DNA of 64,000 nucleotides, from the NCBI GenBank assembly GCA_963575745.1, contig CAUYUJ010000059.1, positions 62,001-126,000 of the forward strand. The letters run 5' to 3'. The stretch comes from Prorocentrum cordatum. Taxonomy: Eukaryota. Below are positions 52,334 through 64,000 of this stretch, piece after piece (within the stretch, counting starts at the first letter, position 1; each line of letters begins with the position of its first letter). Made by a program: the position numbers and the translations under genes. The notes beneath the pieces are model-generated. The model ran no database searches. It worked only from the letters and a program-made list of their open reading frames with translations, and was not told where the DNA came from.

Positions 52334-52660
52334 GTTATGATGTCGTCATCTTCGCCGCCACCACGGCAGCCATCGTCGTCGGCGGCGGCCTCGTCGTCGA
52401 CGACGACGTTGTCGTCTTTGCCGTCGTCGTCGTCGCCGTCGTCGTCGTCGGCGGCGGCGTCGTCGTCGTCGGCGTCGCCACAGCCGCCGCCGTCGGCGTC
52501 GCCGCCGTCGGCGTCGTCGTCTTCGCCGCCGTCGTCGTCGTCGTCGGCGTCGCTGCCGTCGTTGTCGTCGTCGTCTTCGCCGCCGTCGTCGTCGTCGTCG
52601 TCGGCGTCGCCGCCGCCGCCAACGTGACCGCTGTCGTCATCGTCGTCGGCGTCGGCGCCG
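51715..52660. repeat. (GAT)n switching to (GTC/GCC)n microsatellite
   Basis: Read directly. Confidence 0.95.
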
Positions 52661-53331
52661 CCGCGGGGCCTTACGATAGTGGGGAAGGGAATTCGAGCCC
52701 ACATCTCCAGGCCTCCGCCTCAAGAGGACCCAGAAGATCGTCATCAGGCCCCCAAGGACCTCCCCGAGAGGACCCAAGAGGGCCCCAAAACGCCCCAAGA
52801 CAACTCCAAGAGAACCCCCAAAGAGAGCCCGAAGAGAAACATCGCCGCCCCATTCCTTGAGGACAGCGCGCATTTGTAGCACACTCGCTGTTTCCGTGCG
52901 CGCAGCATCCAAGACGGCCCCAGAGGCCCCCAGCAGAACCCCCAAACAGCCCAAGAGGTCCCCACAGGGCTCCAAGACGGCCCAAGAGGACCCCAAGACG
53001 GCCCAAGAGGCACCCGGGCCAGCCCTGGACGGCCCCTAGAGGGCCTCGAGAGGGCCCCGAGAGGGGCCTTGGGGGGGAGGTCTCGAGCAGACATGTCGAG
53101 GCCTCCGCCCCAAGGGGACCCCGATGATCGCCAGCAGGCCCCCAAGGATCCCCCCAAGAGGGCGTCACTGGGCCCAGCGGCCGCACCAGCCCCGCCGGCC
53201 GACCCTGGGGGATCCTTGGCTGGCCAGAGGCGGCCCCCGGGGGGGGAGAGCGCCCCCCCCCCCCTCCCGCGCAGCAGGCGAGAGCTGGCCGACAGCGGCC
53301 CACGGAGCCCGCGCACCGATGAGCGGGGGCC

Positions 53332-53931
53332 ATGTCCTCGGCGGCGCCAGCCTCGCGGCCGGGTGGGGCCATGTGCGGGCGGCCCGCGGCGGGTCCCGAG
53401 GCGCCGGCGGTCGCGGAGGCGCGGGTGCCCGTCGTTGACGAGAGCCCCGCCGCTGGGGCGGCCGCTCGCGGCAGCCAGCCGTCCGCAGGGCCTGCGGGCG
53501 CTCAGGACTGCCCGTCGGAGGCGCCCTCGTCTCTGGCGGTCAACATCTGCGAGTCAGAGTTCGTGTCCTCTCCCGGCAGCGTCGATTCGGTTTCCACGGG
53601 CCGCAGCGTAACGAACGCGAGCAGCACATTGGCCTCGAGCGTCTCGGACGGCCGCAGGATTGGGCACGGAATAACCGACGAGCAGTTGATGGAGCTGGTT
53701 CCGAGGAGCGTTGATGGCAATGTGATGTCGTTGGGCAGCATGGGGCACGAGATCGGCAGATGCAACGCCCCTTGCGTGTACGCCCAGACTCCGAATGTTC
53801 GGTGCCCGTCGGGGCTGCGATGCAACTTCTGCCACTTCCCTCACGCGCCGGGCCGCAATCCCGCCAGATTGCCCAGGAGATTGCCCGAGAGCTCGCCGGA
53901 CGGTGCTTCCGCGGCGACACTGTCGTCCTAG
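53332..53931 (+). CDS. CCCH (C3H1-type) zinc-finger protein, 199 aa, intronless; start codon uncertain
   Basis: SLGSMGHEIGRCNAPCVYAQTPNVRCPSGLRCNFCHFPH = C-x9-C-x5-C-x3-H with an upstream SxGSxxH...C extension; GCCATG start context; non-repetitive sequence. Confidence 0.8.
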   Translation: MSSAAPASRPGGAMCGRPAAGPEAPAVAEARVPVVDESPAAGAAARGSQPSAGPAGAQDCPSEAPSSLAVNICESEFVSSPGSVDSVSTGRSVTNASSTLASSVSDGRRIGHGITDEQLMELVPRSVDGNVMSLGSMGHEIGRCNAPCVYAQTPNVRCPSGLRCNFCHFPHAPGRNPARLPRRLPESSPDGASAATLSS

Positions 53932-55038
53932 CCTCGAAGAACGGCGGAGTGATGTTCATGGGCCACGTCTCAGACAAAGCCTGGCCCAGCGTTGTTCGGC
54001 GCTACACCTGCACCCCATGGCTTGCTGGGCAGCGCTGCCCGGACCTGTTCCAGACGTGCGTGTCCATGCTGGGGGTCGGGTCGTGAGAATTGGTGAGGCG
54101 CTGGGTTGCGGCGCAAAGAGCGCGTCGGAGTAGTCCGCCGTGGTCTCAACACCCGCCTCGTCCTGCGCGGCCTCGACTTCGGTCCGTGGTGGATGAAATA
54201 CCGTTGCCTTTGTATAGACGTTTGTGACGCTGCGTTTTGGGATTTTGACCGTAGGGAGGCTAAGGGGATCAATGGGCGATTCAGGGAAATCACGGCGGGC
54301 TTGCGGCTGAAAGCGCCAGCGTGTGTGTTCTAATTGCGCGAAGTTGTTCCAGAATTGCAGTCGGTGTTCAGTATTGAACTGAACTTTGTCATGCCATGCG
54401 GAGTTTCACTAGACCGCAGACATCAGCAGCCACAGCGTGAATGTGGAGGTGACGTTAGGCGGTCGCTTGCCGCACGTCGGCGCATCGCCAATGAGAATAC
54501 TCGTTAGCCCCATCATATATAATATCAAAAGTACTTCCAAGAAACCGATAGGAGCCCTCCAAGAGACGATAAACCATATTTGTTATTGTAGTTGCTGACA
54601 AGAGTTTGTGGTTTTTGCCTGTTCTCTTTCCTGAGAGCCCCAGACGACCGAAGAAGCCATGAATGTCTTGGGGCCATAGTCTGCCCTGTGCCCTTGCGCG
54701 ACTTCAGTGCTTCACACGGCTAACGACTCGCAGCCAACAGCTTGGACCTGCCCGGTGAGATGGGTAGCCATATGTCTGGTTTTTGTCACGGTTTGGTGCA
54801 GCCACCTGGAATTACAGAAGAGTGGCATTTGGCCCTTCTACGATCGGCGCTGGAGTTCCCAGCTGGCATTGTGCGGCAATTGAGGAGGAACGGGGCCGGC
54901 CGAGACCACTGTAGAAATTCGGTATCAGGTCCACCGTCTCGCGAGGTCCCCCCTTTCCTCATCCTCACCACTTTTCCTCCCCCTTCCTCCCCCTCGTCCT
55001 CCTCCTCCTCCTCCTCCTCCTCCTCCTCCTCCTCCTCC

Positions 55039-55079
<41 letters not shown>

Positions 55080-55088
55080 GTCATCATG

Positions 55089-55119
<31 letters not shown>

Positions 55120-55590
55120 TCATCATCAGCATCAGCATCAGCATCAGCATCAGCATCAGCATCAGCATCAGCATCAGCATCATCCCCTCCCCTCCTCCTC
55201 CTCCTCCCCTCCTCCCCTCCTCCTCCTCCTCCTCCTCCTCCTCCTCCTCCTCCTCCTCCTCCTCCTCCTCCTCCTCCTCTTCCTCCTCCTCCTCCTCATC
55301 CTCCTCCTCCTCCTCCTCCTCCTCCTCCTCCTCCTCGTCCTCCCCCTGGTCCTCCTCCTCCCCTCGTCCCTCCTCCTCCTCCTCCTCCTCCTACTACTCC
55401 TCCTCCTCCTCCTCCTCCTCCTCCTCCTTCTCCTCCTCCTCCTCCTCCCCCTCCTCCCCCCCCTCCTCGTCGACCTCTTCTTTCTCCACCACCTCCTCCT
55501 CCTCCTCCTCCTTCTTCTTCCCCCTCCTCGCCGCCGTGAGGGGCCAGCGGAGAGCGGCAGCGGTGTCGGCTGCCTGCTTCTTTTTTTTTT

Positions 55591-55631
<41 letters not shown>

Positions 55632-55977
55632 GCTCTCCTCTGCGATAGGGGCCCTCCCGGCCGCGGGCGCCAGGCGCGGCGGGCGAGAGTTGGACCCCCA
55701 ACAGCGGGTCCGTGATCTTTCTTCGGTGGCGAGCGAGGGGATCAAGCAGTGGCGAAGCGTCCTGGCTCGCCGAGTGGCCTCCCAAGAGTGTTCTGAGAGC
55801 CTTTCGTGGTCTGCACGGAATGTTCTTAGAGCATTTCTGGCCGGGGTGTGTCTTGTTGTAGCACATCGGTTTAATGTTCTACGAACAGTGTCTTTGTTCT
55901 AAGAACATTTTTGAGTTCTAAGAACATGTCGTGGTAGGCCTATAGAAATGCCGGGAAGGTCGGTCCCTGCTCAAGGG

Positions 55978-56128
55978 GAGGAACTTCGAGGTTCGAACTT
56001 CAAGGTTTTTTGGTTCGAGGCCTTTGGGGGCCGTTTTCGGGCCCCAGGACCAGCGAAGCGCGATCCCCCTTCGATGGCGGGCGAGAAGGGAAATCAGAAG
56101 GAGAAGGCTCGAACTTCGAGGTTCCAAG
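55978..56128. mobile_element. ~150-bp MITE-like element abutting the M3 copy (55730-55974)
   Basis: GGAACTTCGAGGTTCGAAC vs GCTCGAACTTCGAGGTTCC, inverted. Confidence 0.55.
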
Positions 56129-57674
56129 TTTTCGGACGTTGTCGAAGTTTCTCGGCGATCTTTCGCCCTCGAGGTGCGTTCCAGCAGCTGCGCCTCGCCG
56201 AGAGCGTTCTAGGGGTGCCGGGATCGTCCCGAACGGCCGCAGGAAACCTGAGGTATGACCCAGAAACCACATTCGGCGGCGCGCCCGGGGGGAAGTGAAA
56301 AGGAGAAGGCCTTCTCAGAAGGCGGCGGGACTTATCAGAAGCCCTCGCGCCTTCTGAGAAGTGTTCCGTGTCTTCGGGGAAGGCTTCAGAACACTTTTCA
56401 GAAGGCCTGGGGATTTCCGAGTCTTCTGAGAAGGCCCACCTCTTCCAATTTCCCCCCCACGCTCGCCGCTAATCTCTGTGCACCCGTCTCCTCCCCCTTG
56501 GCACTCGCAGTCGTCGGCCGAGTTTTTGAAACGTGTGCTTCGGCAGACGCCTCTTTGGCCCGGGCCTGCTGGCAGACGATGGCCTTCGCCAGCTGCCCGT
56601 CGCGTTGCCTGACGTGCCATATCAGATAGCTCAAGTCATACTTACTTGAGTTAACACTGTGTGGCTACATTTTTTGCACCTGTCCCGCGCCGCGGTGCCC
56701 TGGTCTATCTGCGCCCGCTTCACTTCCGCTCAGAAAAAAAAGGCCCCCCAAGAGGACCCAATAGGCCCAAAAGAGGCCCGATGGAGGCCCCGAAAGGCTC
56801 CCCAAGAGGCTTCAAAACTGCCTCCACGAGGCTGCCCAGAGGCTTCCCCAGAGACCCGACCAGATAGTTCAAGAGGCCTCAGGCGACCCCCGTGGAGACT
56901 ACAAAATACATCTTGCACGCTTCAAATCGAATATACAGGTATGCACCCTCCCCTCACTACTCATCATCCTCTTTCTCCTCCTCCCCCTCCCACTCCTCGT
57001 CATCCTCCTCATCTTCTCTCATCTTAACGCCTCCGCCAAACCCCCAACCGACGGTCCGTGAGGTCGCCGCCGCCGCCGTCGTCGTCTTCGACGTCGTCGT
57101 CGTCATCGTCGTCGGCGTCGCCGCCGCGGGCGTTGCCGGCGTCGTCGTCATCGTCGTCGCCGCCGTCGGCGTCGCCGTCGTCGTCATCGTCGCCGCCGCC
57201 GTCGTCGTCATCGTCGTCGTCGCCGTCGTCGTCGTCGTTGTCGTTGTCGTTGTCGTCGTCATCGTCGTCGTCGACGTCGCCGTCATCGTCGGCTCGTCGT
57301 CGGCGGCGTCGCCCACGCAGGCGCAATTATTGGCCGCCGTCGTCGTCGTCATCGTCGGCGCCCCCGCCGCCGTCGTCGTCGTCGCCGTCGTTGTCGTCGT
57401 CGGCGGCGTGATTCTGTCCGCCCTCGTCGCTCTCGCCGCCACCGCCGTCGGCATCGGCGGCGGGCGCCGCCCCGCTCAGGCGGCGCGGCGGGCCCGAAGA
57501 AGCGGCGGAGGCCGCCGCGGCGCAGGGAGGGCGCCGCCGCCGGCGCGGGCCCCGGGGCGGGCGAGGCGGGCGCCGCGCGCCTTCCGCGGCACCATCCGCG
57601 TCGCCACTGGGGGAGCGGGTCGCCGTGAAGCAAGCGTCGGCGGCGCGCCGAGGGGGGAGGCAAGACGCCTATCG

Positions 57675-57950
57675 TCAAGTCGGGCCTGTCCCGCTGCAGG
57701 AGGAATGTGCAGAAGTAGGCAAAACATAGTCTGGGGACGATTTAACAAAAAAACAACATGTTTGACCATTTGGGGGGTATTGTTCGACAAATCCTTTTTC
57801 TCTTTCGCCCACAATCCACCCGTGGGGGGGGACACGCCCGGCTCAAGCCTTTTAAAAACTATGTTTGACCATTTGGGGGGCATTGTCTGACAATCCTGTT
57901 TCTCTTTCGCCCAAAATCCCTCCGTAGGGGGGGGGACACGCCCGACTCGA
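57675..57950. mobile_element. MITE M2 with a duplicated right half
   Basis: Flanks GCCTATCG / GCCTGTCG (7/8). Confidence 0.8.
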
Positions 57951-58204
57951 GCCTGTCGGTTGGAGGTTCGGGCTGCTTTTGGGCGTGCTCGTCGGTCCTC
58001 CGCGAGTTTCTGCCGGCCTCGGGCTGCTTCACTGGAGCCGAAGTGGAGAAAACTGCACAACCGTGAACTTTCGGAGCCCCGCGCGGATTTTCTCGGCTCG
58101 AGCCCCCGAGCAGCGCGTCCAGGAGGAGGAAGTAAGAAGTGGACGGGGGGAAGAGGCAGCAGGACAAGAGGATACACAATGTTCGGAGAAGGAGGAGGAG
58201 GAGG

Positions 58205-58790
58205 AGGTGATTTAGTAGAGAAAAGAGACAGCGAGCCCCACCCTCCCCCTCAGAAATCGTGGGGGGTAGGGGTAGGGTTCGCGTCTGGCCCCCCTAGGGA
58301 AGCAGCCCGAGGCCGGCAGAAACCGCCGAGGACCGACGAGCACGCCCAAAAGCAGCCCGAACCTCCAACCGATGGGCTCGAGTCGGGCGTGCCCCCCCCC
58401 CCCCCCCTATACGGGGGGATTGTGGTGAGGTGAATTAGTGGAGAAAAGAGAAAGCGAACCCCACCCTCCCCCTCAGAAATCGTGGCGGGTAGGGGCAGGG
58501 TTCGCATCTGGCCCCCTAGGGAAGCAGCCCGAGGCCAGCAGACACCGCCGAGGGAAGCAGCCCGAACCTCCAACCGATAGGCTCGAGTCGGGCGTGCCCC
58601 CCCCCCCCCCCCTTTATACGGGGGCATTGTGGGGAGGTGAATCAGTGGAGAAAAAAGACAGCGAGCCCCACCCTCCCCCTCAGAAATCGCGGGGGGGTCA
58701 GGGGTGGGGTTCGCATCGGGCCCCCTAGGGAACCTCCAGCCGATTGGCCCGCGTCGGGCGTGCCCCCCCCCTATACAAGAGGTTCGCGTC
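58205..58790. repeat. ~2.7 tandem 207-223 bp units containing an inverted M2 end plus its flank
   Basis: 58298-58400 is the reverse complement of 57930-58030. Confidence 0.85.
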
Positions 58791-59269
58791 TGGCCCCCCT
58801 CGTTCCCCGCGGCCCGAGGCCGGCCGGCCGCCGGGGGCGTGCGCCGCGCGGGGTGCCCCCCCGGGGAGAGAGAGCGCCTTGGCGGCCGTCGGAGGCCCGC
58901 GAGCCAGGTGGCCCGAAGAACGCCAAGGGGTCCCTCAGCGCGCCGAAGGGCCAGGAGTGGAAAACAAACACACACTCCTCCTCCTCCTCCTCCTCCTCCT
59001 CCTCCTCCTCCTCCTCCTCCTCCTCCTCCTCCTCCTCCTCCTCCTCCTCCTCCTCCTCCTCCTCCTCCTCCTCCTCCTCCTCCTCCTCCTCCTCCTCCTC
59101 CTTCCCCCTCCTCTCCTCCTCCTCCTCCTCCTCCGACACAATTGATCGTCGATCCCCAGGAAAGCATGGGAAAATAGGGGAAGACAGCCACCCAGGAAAA
59201 CATGGGAAAATGTGGAAACGATGGGAACATATGGCAGCACTGCCAGGCGCGCCGAGGGTGCGGGAGGGA

Positions 59270-59306
<37 letters not shown>

Positions 59307-60192
59307 AAGTCATCGTCGATGCCAGGACTCGTCGAGGGGAAAAAGACACACAGACACAATAATCGTCGAGGGGGGAAGAAAAACGCACACAAACACACAG
59401 ACACAAGTCATCGTCGATGCCAGGACTCGTCGAGGGGAACAAAGACACACAGGCACAGGAATCGTCGAGGGGGGGAAAAAACACAGAGACACACAAGTCA
59501 TCGTCGACACCCAGGAAAAAGCATGGGAAAATGTGGGAAGCGGGGGGAGGACAATAGCCCAGAAAATATAAGAAAAAAATATGGGGAATCTGGTTATCTG
59601 TGTCTATTTATGTGGTCGGGGGGGAAAAAGACACACAGACACAGGTCATCGTCGATGCCCAGGAAAACGCATGGGAAAAAGATGGGAAGCGGGGGGAGGA
59701 CAACAACCCAGAAAGTATGGGGAAAAATGTGGGGGGAGGACAAGAATACAGAAAGTATAGGGGAAGCATGGGAAGTGGGGGGAGGACAATGACCCAGAAC
59801 ATGTGGGAACAAATATCAGGAATCTGAGTCTCTGTGTCTATTTGTCTGTGTGTCCCAGTGCCCCCTTCAAAGGGGGGGAAGTGACAGGGGGGGCGAGGGC
59901 GCCAGCTCGGCGAACGCGCTGTGCAGAGGCTGAGCCGAGTGCGGGCCCCGGGCTTGCCCAGGAAGGCCCTCCAGGCGTGCAGCGATGGAGCTGCCCGAGT
60001 CCCTGCGCCACCGCGTCCCCTTCTCAGAAGGTGGCGGGGCTTCTCCGAGCCAGGAGGGAAAAAGAGACACAAAGAACACACAAAGAATCGTCGACTCCCA
60101 GGGCACTAGGGGAACACATGGGAAGTGGGGGGGGGCGAGACAGAAACCCAGAAGATATGGAAACATGGGGGGATCCGGGTGATTTGTGTGTA

Positions 60193-60322
60193 CAGTGCCG
60201 TTTTTTTATACATGCTCCGCGTGCGGATCATGTATTCAAAATGCAGGGATTTAGTGTTAAAAACAACGATGAGTTCATGCATAAATTTAGTCATGCATTA
60301 ACCATGTATTAAAAACTGCCTG
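60193..60322. mobile_element. AT-rich Tc1/mariner-type MITE, 130 bp, TA TSD
   Basis: TA|CAGTGCCGTTTTTTTATACATG ... CATGTATTAAAAACTGCCTG|TA. Confidence 0.8.
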
Positions 60323-60410
60323 TATTATGTATCTGTGTGTGGGCCCCTTCTGAGAGGCCCTCCGGCCTCCGGAGGCGCGCTCCCGCGCGGCTTCGGAGGA
60401 GGCCCAGAAG

Positions 60411-60728
60411 CGGAGGTTGATAGAGACCTCCTATGCCCTGACGCGTCGAGTAAGGCATTGGCCGTCTTCGGTTGGCGAGAGGGCGCCGCGGCCGTCATCT
60501 CTGCGGGTCCGGGTCCGTCTGTTTCGGCCCTGGGCCGTTTTCACCAAAGGGAGGTTTTACTAAAGGGAGGTTTTACTAAAGGGAGGTTTTACGAAAGGGA
60601 ATCGGCCGCTTTCGGTCCGCGAGAGGGCGCCGCGGCCTTCGTTTTTGCGGGTCCAGGTCCGTCTGTTTCGGTCCTGGGCCGTTTTCATCAAAGGGAGGGT
60701 CTACTAAAGGGAGGTTCGTCCACCGCCG
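60411..60728. mobile_element. MITE M4 with an internal duplication
   Basis: Homologous to 17522-17693; CAGAAG on both flanks. Confidence 0.7.
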
Positions 60729-60754
60729 ACAGAAGTCCCTTTCGCAGCAGGACG

Positions 60755-61270
60755 AGGGCGCCCCTCCGGGCCTCCTCGGAGACGCCGAGGGCCCGCCTCG
60801 AGGGCCCTGCCCTCGAGGCTCGAGGATCGCGCCTCGAGGCTCGATCCTCGAGCCTCGGAGGCAGGGACGGCTCCCGCGATCCTCGAGGGCCCCGGAGCAG
60901 GGCGAGAGAGCCCCTCCGAGCCGCCTCGGAGACGCCGAGAGGACCCGCCCCGCGAGGGCCGCAGGGACCTCGCGCCTCGGGGCCCGAGGGGCGGGCCCCG
61001 AGGGGCCCGAGGGGGCTCGCGCCTCGGGGCTCGAGGGGGTCCCAAGGGCGCCTCGAGGGCTCGAGGGCTCCGAAGGGCGCCTCGAGGGGTCCCAAGGGCG
61101 CCTCGAGGGCTCCAAGGCTCCGAAGGGCGCCTCGAGGGGTCCCAAGGGCGCCTCGAGGGGCTCGAGGGCGCCTCGAGGGGCCGAGCGGGCGCCTCGAGGG
61201 GCTCGAGAAGGTCGAGGGGTCCTCCCGAGGATCGGGCGGCCGCCTCGAGGACCTCGAGGGCCGACGGCCT
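60755..61270. repeat. CTCGAG/GGCGCC-rich minisatellite (50-bp unit at 61037-61160)
   Basis: GGGTCCCAAGGGCGCCTCGAGGG at 61037, 61087 and 61137. Confidence 0.85.
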
Positions 61271-61444
61271 CGCCCTGCCAGGGGCCGCCGGAGCGCCCCC
61301 CCCCCCGGGGGGGGCGGGCGCGGCGGGCGCCCCGCGCCGCCGCCGCCGGGGGGGGGGGGCGCCGCCCGCCGTGGGGCGCCTCGCCCTCGAGGGCTCGGAG
61401 GGCTCGGCGAGTTCCGTCGGGCCGGTCCCTCTGCATCTCGGGGG

Positions 61445-61631
61445 CGGAAAAGAGGGGGGTGATGACTCGGGGGGGATGGATATCATGGCGAGGGCCATGA
61501 TTTTTCCCCAGATCTCATGGCGCCTCTTCTTATTTCATTACGTCCCTCGTCCCTGGCCCCCCCGCTGGGCCGCGCACATGCCGCCGGTCATGATTTGCAC
61601 CCCCCCCTCTTGGACACCCCCCTCTTGGCCG
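61445..61631. mobile_element. 187-bp palindromic element (CGG...CCG)
   Basis: CGG..AAGAGGGGGGTG...ATCATG inverted at both ends; CCTCTGCATC in both flanks. Confidence 0.65.
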
Positions 61632-62350
61632 CTCCCGACCTCTGCATCGGGATCGGGAAAGCAGTCTGGTCAGCGGTGGGATCGGCCGAGTCCCTTCTCA
61701 AGTGGCTGCCCAGAGGGCCGAGCACTGGCCTGACCGATTGTGGCCCTGGAGCGTCAGGTCCACGGCCGATGGGTCGAGTCAGCGCTCGGGCGGCCCCGGT
61801 GGCACTCGATCAGTTCGCCTGCGCCCAGCGCTGATGTGGCTGATTGTCGGTTCCCTACCACAGGGGGAGTGTTCAAAAATAGTTTCAAAATATTCGGGTG
61901 ACGACTTGCTGAGCAGGTTTTGGCCATTTGGGTGCACTTTTGGGGGGTATTTTCAGTTCTTCGTCCAGGATCCGCCTGTAGGGGGACACGCCCGACTTCA
62001 GCTTGGCACCTCCCCAGAGATCCAACGTGTTGAAAGAGTCAAGGCGGAGGTTTTTCGCAATGTTCGGCCTTTGGGGGCCCTCGCCAGGCCCCGGGACCGT
62101 CAAGAAACGACTCGGGATGAAAATCGGGTCACAGGGAAGTGGGTCGAGACTTCCGGGGACCCCGCATTGAAGAAATCACGACATCGGATCTCTGGGAATC
62201 TCCGCAGAAGCGGTCGGGCGGTGCTGGGACGAGGATGAATGTCCCAGGGCGTTCCGGAACGCTCTCGGAGCGTTCCGGGGCGCTCTGAGACAAGGCCGCG
62301 GCGCCCGAGACATTCTCCAGAGCCGCTGGTCGCAGAGATTCTGCACGAAC

Positions 62351-62541
62351 GAAATTGGCACGGAAAGAATGGGTACAATGCCCAACAGCAGTCCCTGTTC
62401 ATTTTGAACAGGACTCGCTGTCGGCGCCGCCGCGGCCTGTGTCCACTTGAGACAGAAGGCCGCCTGCCCAACAGCGGCCGCTGCTGGTTTGGGACAGCAT
62501 TTGTTGTTGGGCATTGTACCCATGTTTTCCGTATCCATTTC
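62351..62541. mobile_element. 191-bp palindromic element with ~40-bp TIRs, flanked by ~35-50 bp direct repeats
   Basis: ATGGGTACAATGCCCAACA inverted; GAGACATT.TCCAGAGCCG.TGG(G)TCGCAGAGAT at 62307 and 62554. Confidence 0.75.
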
Positions 62542-63050
62542 GGGCGTCCAGACGAGACATTTTCCAGAGCCGTTGGGTCGCAGAGATGCTCGGTGCAGCC
62601 TCACCCGATCTTGGCCTCGTCCTGGTTTCTTCTTTTGCACCTCTTCCTCGCGGGCGGGAGGCCTCGGCGGCGAGCGAACCGGCGGAAGGCATCGGGGTCG
62701 AAGGGTTTCCGGAGGTGGCCAAGATCAGGGGTGGAAAAAAAGACACCAACAAAAAGAAACAAGCGTCGATCCCCAGGAAAATATGGGAAGTGGAGGGGAA
62801 GACGAGACTCCAGAAAGTATAGAAAAGGTTGGGAATCCCAGGATTTGTGTCTATCTGTTTGTGTGTCCCTGGGCCCCTTGACTCTTGGACGCCTCCCCTC
62901 TTGGGCGCCCCCGAGTCGAAGGAGTTGACATCTTCTCCTTGGCGGAGGCTGGCGGAAGCCGGCGGAAGCAAAAGATGCGCCCCCAAGGGATGGCAACATA
63001 TTTGGGCTCAGGATTTCCTGAATGAGCGAGTCTTGAGGGATCGTCTCGTC

Positions 63051-63300
63051 CTGAGGGGGACCGTCTCTCAAGCAGTGGCGAAGCGTCCTGCCTCGCCTAT
63101 AGCCCTACCAAACAAAAGTCTAATAACCGGTTGTGGTTTCCACGAAAGGTTCTTAGAACATTTCTGGCGGAGTCTGTCTTGGTTTATCACATCGGGTTTA
63201 TGTTCTGAGAACATTGTTTGTGTTCTTAGACGGTTTGTGGGTTCTGAGAACATTTCGTGGTAGGACTACAGGAATGCCGGGACGGTCGCTCCCTGCTCAA
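63051..63300 (+). mobile_element. Family M3 copy, possible 8-bp TSD
   Basis: Flanks GTCTCGTC / GTCTCGAG (6/8). Confidence 0.65.
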
Positions 63301-63539
63301 GTCTCGAGGATCGGGGGTTGTCTCGCCATGAAGCGAGCGGGCCTTGAGGGACACGGGCTCTGAGGTTTTCCACCGCGTTGGACCCCGCGGGGCTTTCCAT
63401 TGGCCCTGGGACTCACTGAAGACGACTGCGGGGGAAGGCCCCAGTGTCCCAGGACCCGCTTCTCCGGTGGCCCGCTCGCTTCATGCCAGATCGCCAGGAA
63501 AAGAAGAAGCAGCTGCGAGCATCAAGTGGCAGATGTAGG

Positions 63540-63683
63540 CAGGGCTGGACCTAAACGGTGTTTTGGCGATTTCGTGGGCCGTTTTCGTTTCGATTTCGTT
63601 TTGCGGTAAAGGCGGGTTGAAGACAAAACGAGGGAAAACGAAAACAAAACGAAAACGAAAAACACCGTTTAGGTTCAGCCCTG
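63540..63683. mobile_element. hAT-type MITE, 144 bp, at the junction of two ~108-bp tandem units (63433-63799)
   Basis: TIR CAGGGCTGRACCTAAACGGTGTTTT; perfect TSD GATGTAGG (63532-63539, 63684-63691). Confidence 0.93.
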
Positions 63684-64000
63684 GATGTAGGAGGAAGGCC
63701 CCGGGGTCCCAGGACCCGCTTCCCCCATGACCCGCTTGCTGCATGCTCGATCGTCAGAAAAAGAAGAGGCAGCCGCGTGCATCAAGCGGCACATCTAGCG
63801 CGCGCGCGCGTAGGAAAATAAAACTGCCCCTGCGGCAGTGCTCGAGAGGAGCGTCCGCTGGCCATCTCGCTGATTTCCTGGGCCCGGGCCCGTCATTGGC
63901 CCAGGATGGGTGAGATGTTCAGTTTTGACGTCCCCTGGCTGATACTGGGTCCTGAGGAGGAGGAGGAGGAGGAGGAGGAAGAAGAGAATCATATGCCGAT

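Overview
Repeat-saturated, GC-rich eukaryotic DNA. The repeat style and the CCCH protein type suggest a dinoflagellate such as Prorocentrum (inference only). There is one credible intact gene: an intronless extended CCCH zinc-finger ORF at 53332-53931. Degraded autonomous elements: an APE+RT LINE (1-4430), a DIRS-like RNaseH/tyrosine-recombinase relic (23370-25330, minus), and weaker RTE-like and pogo/DDE_1-like relics. The rest is at least 12 families of short palindromic elements with TA, 8-bp or 10-bp target duplications, satellites, trinucleotide microsatellites and one 100-N gap. Most long ORFs in the supplied track are microsatellite artefacts. Top leads: (1) 180-191 bp palindromic inserts flanked by unusually long (~22-60 bp) direct duplications at four loci; (2) ~10.5-11 bp phasing of short palindromes across unrelated repeat families; (3) conserved-end cassettes carrying different internal satellites, including a 5.2-kb foldback-like element; (4) interlocked target duplications recording recombination between two MITE copies. 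All alignments were made by eye. No RNA genes, CRISPR array or full spliced-leader relic were seen.
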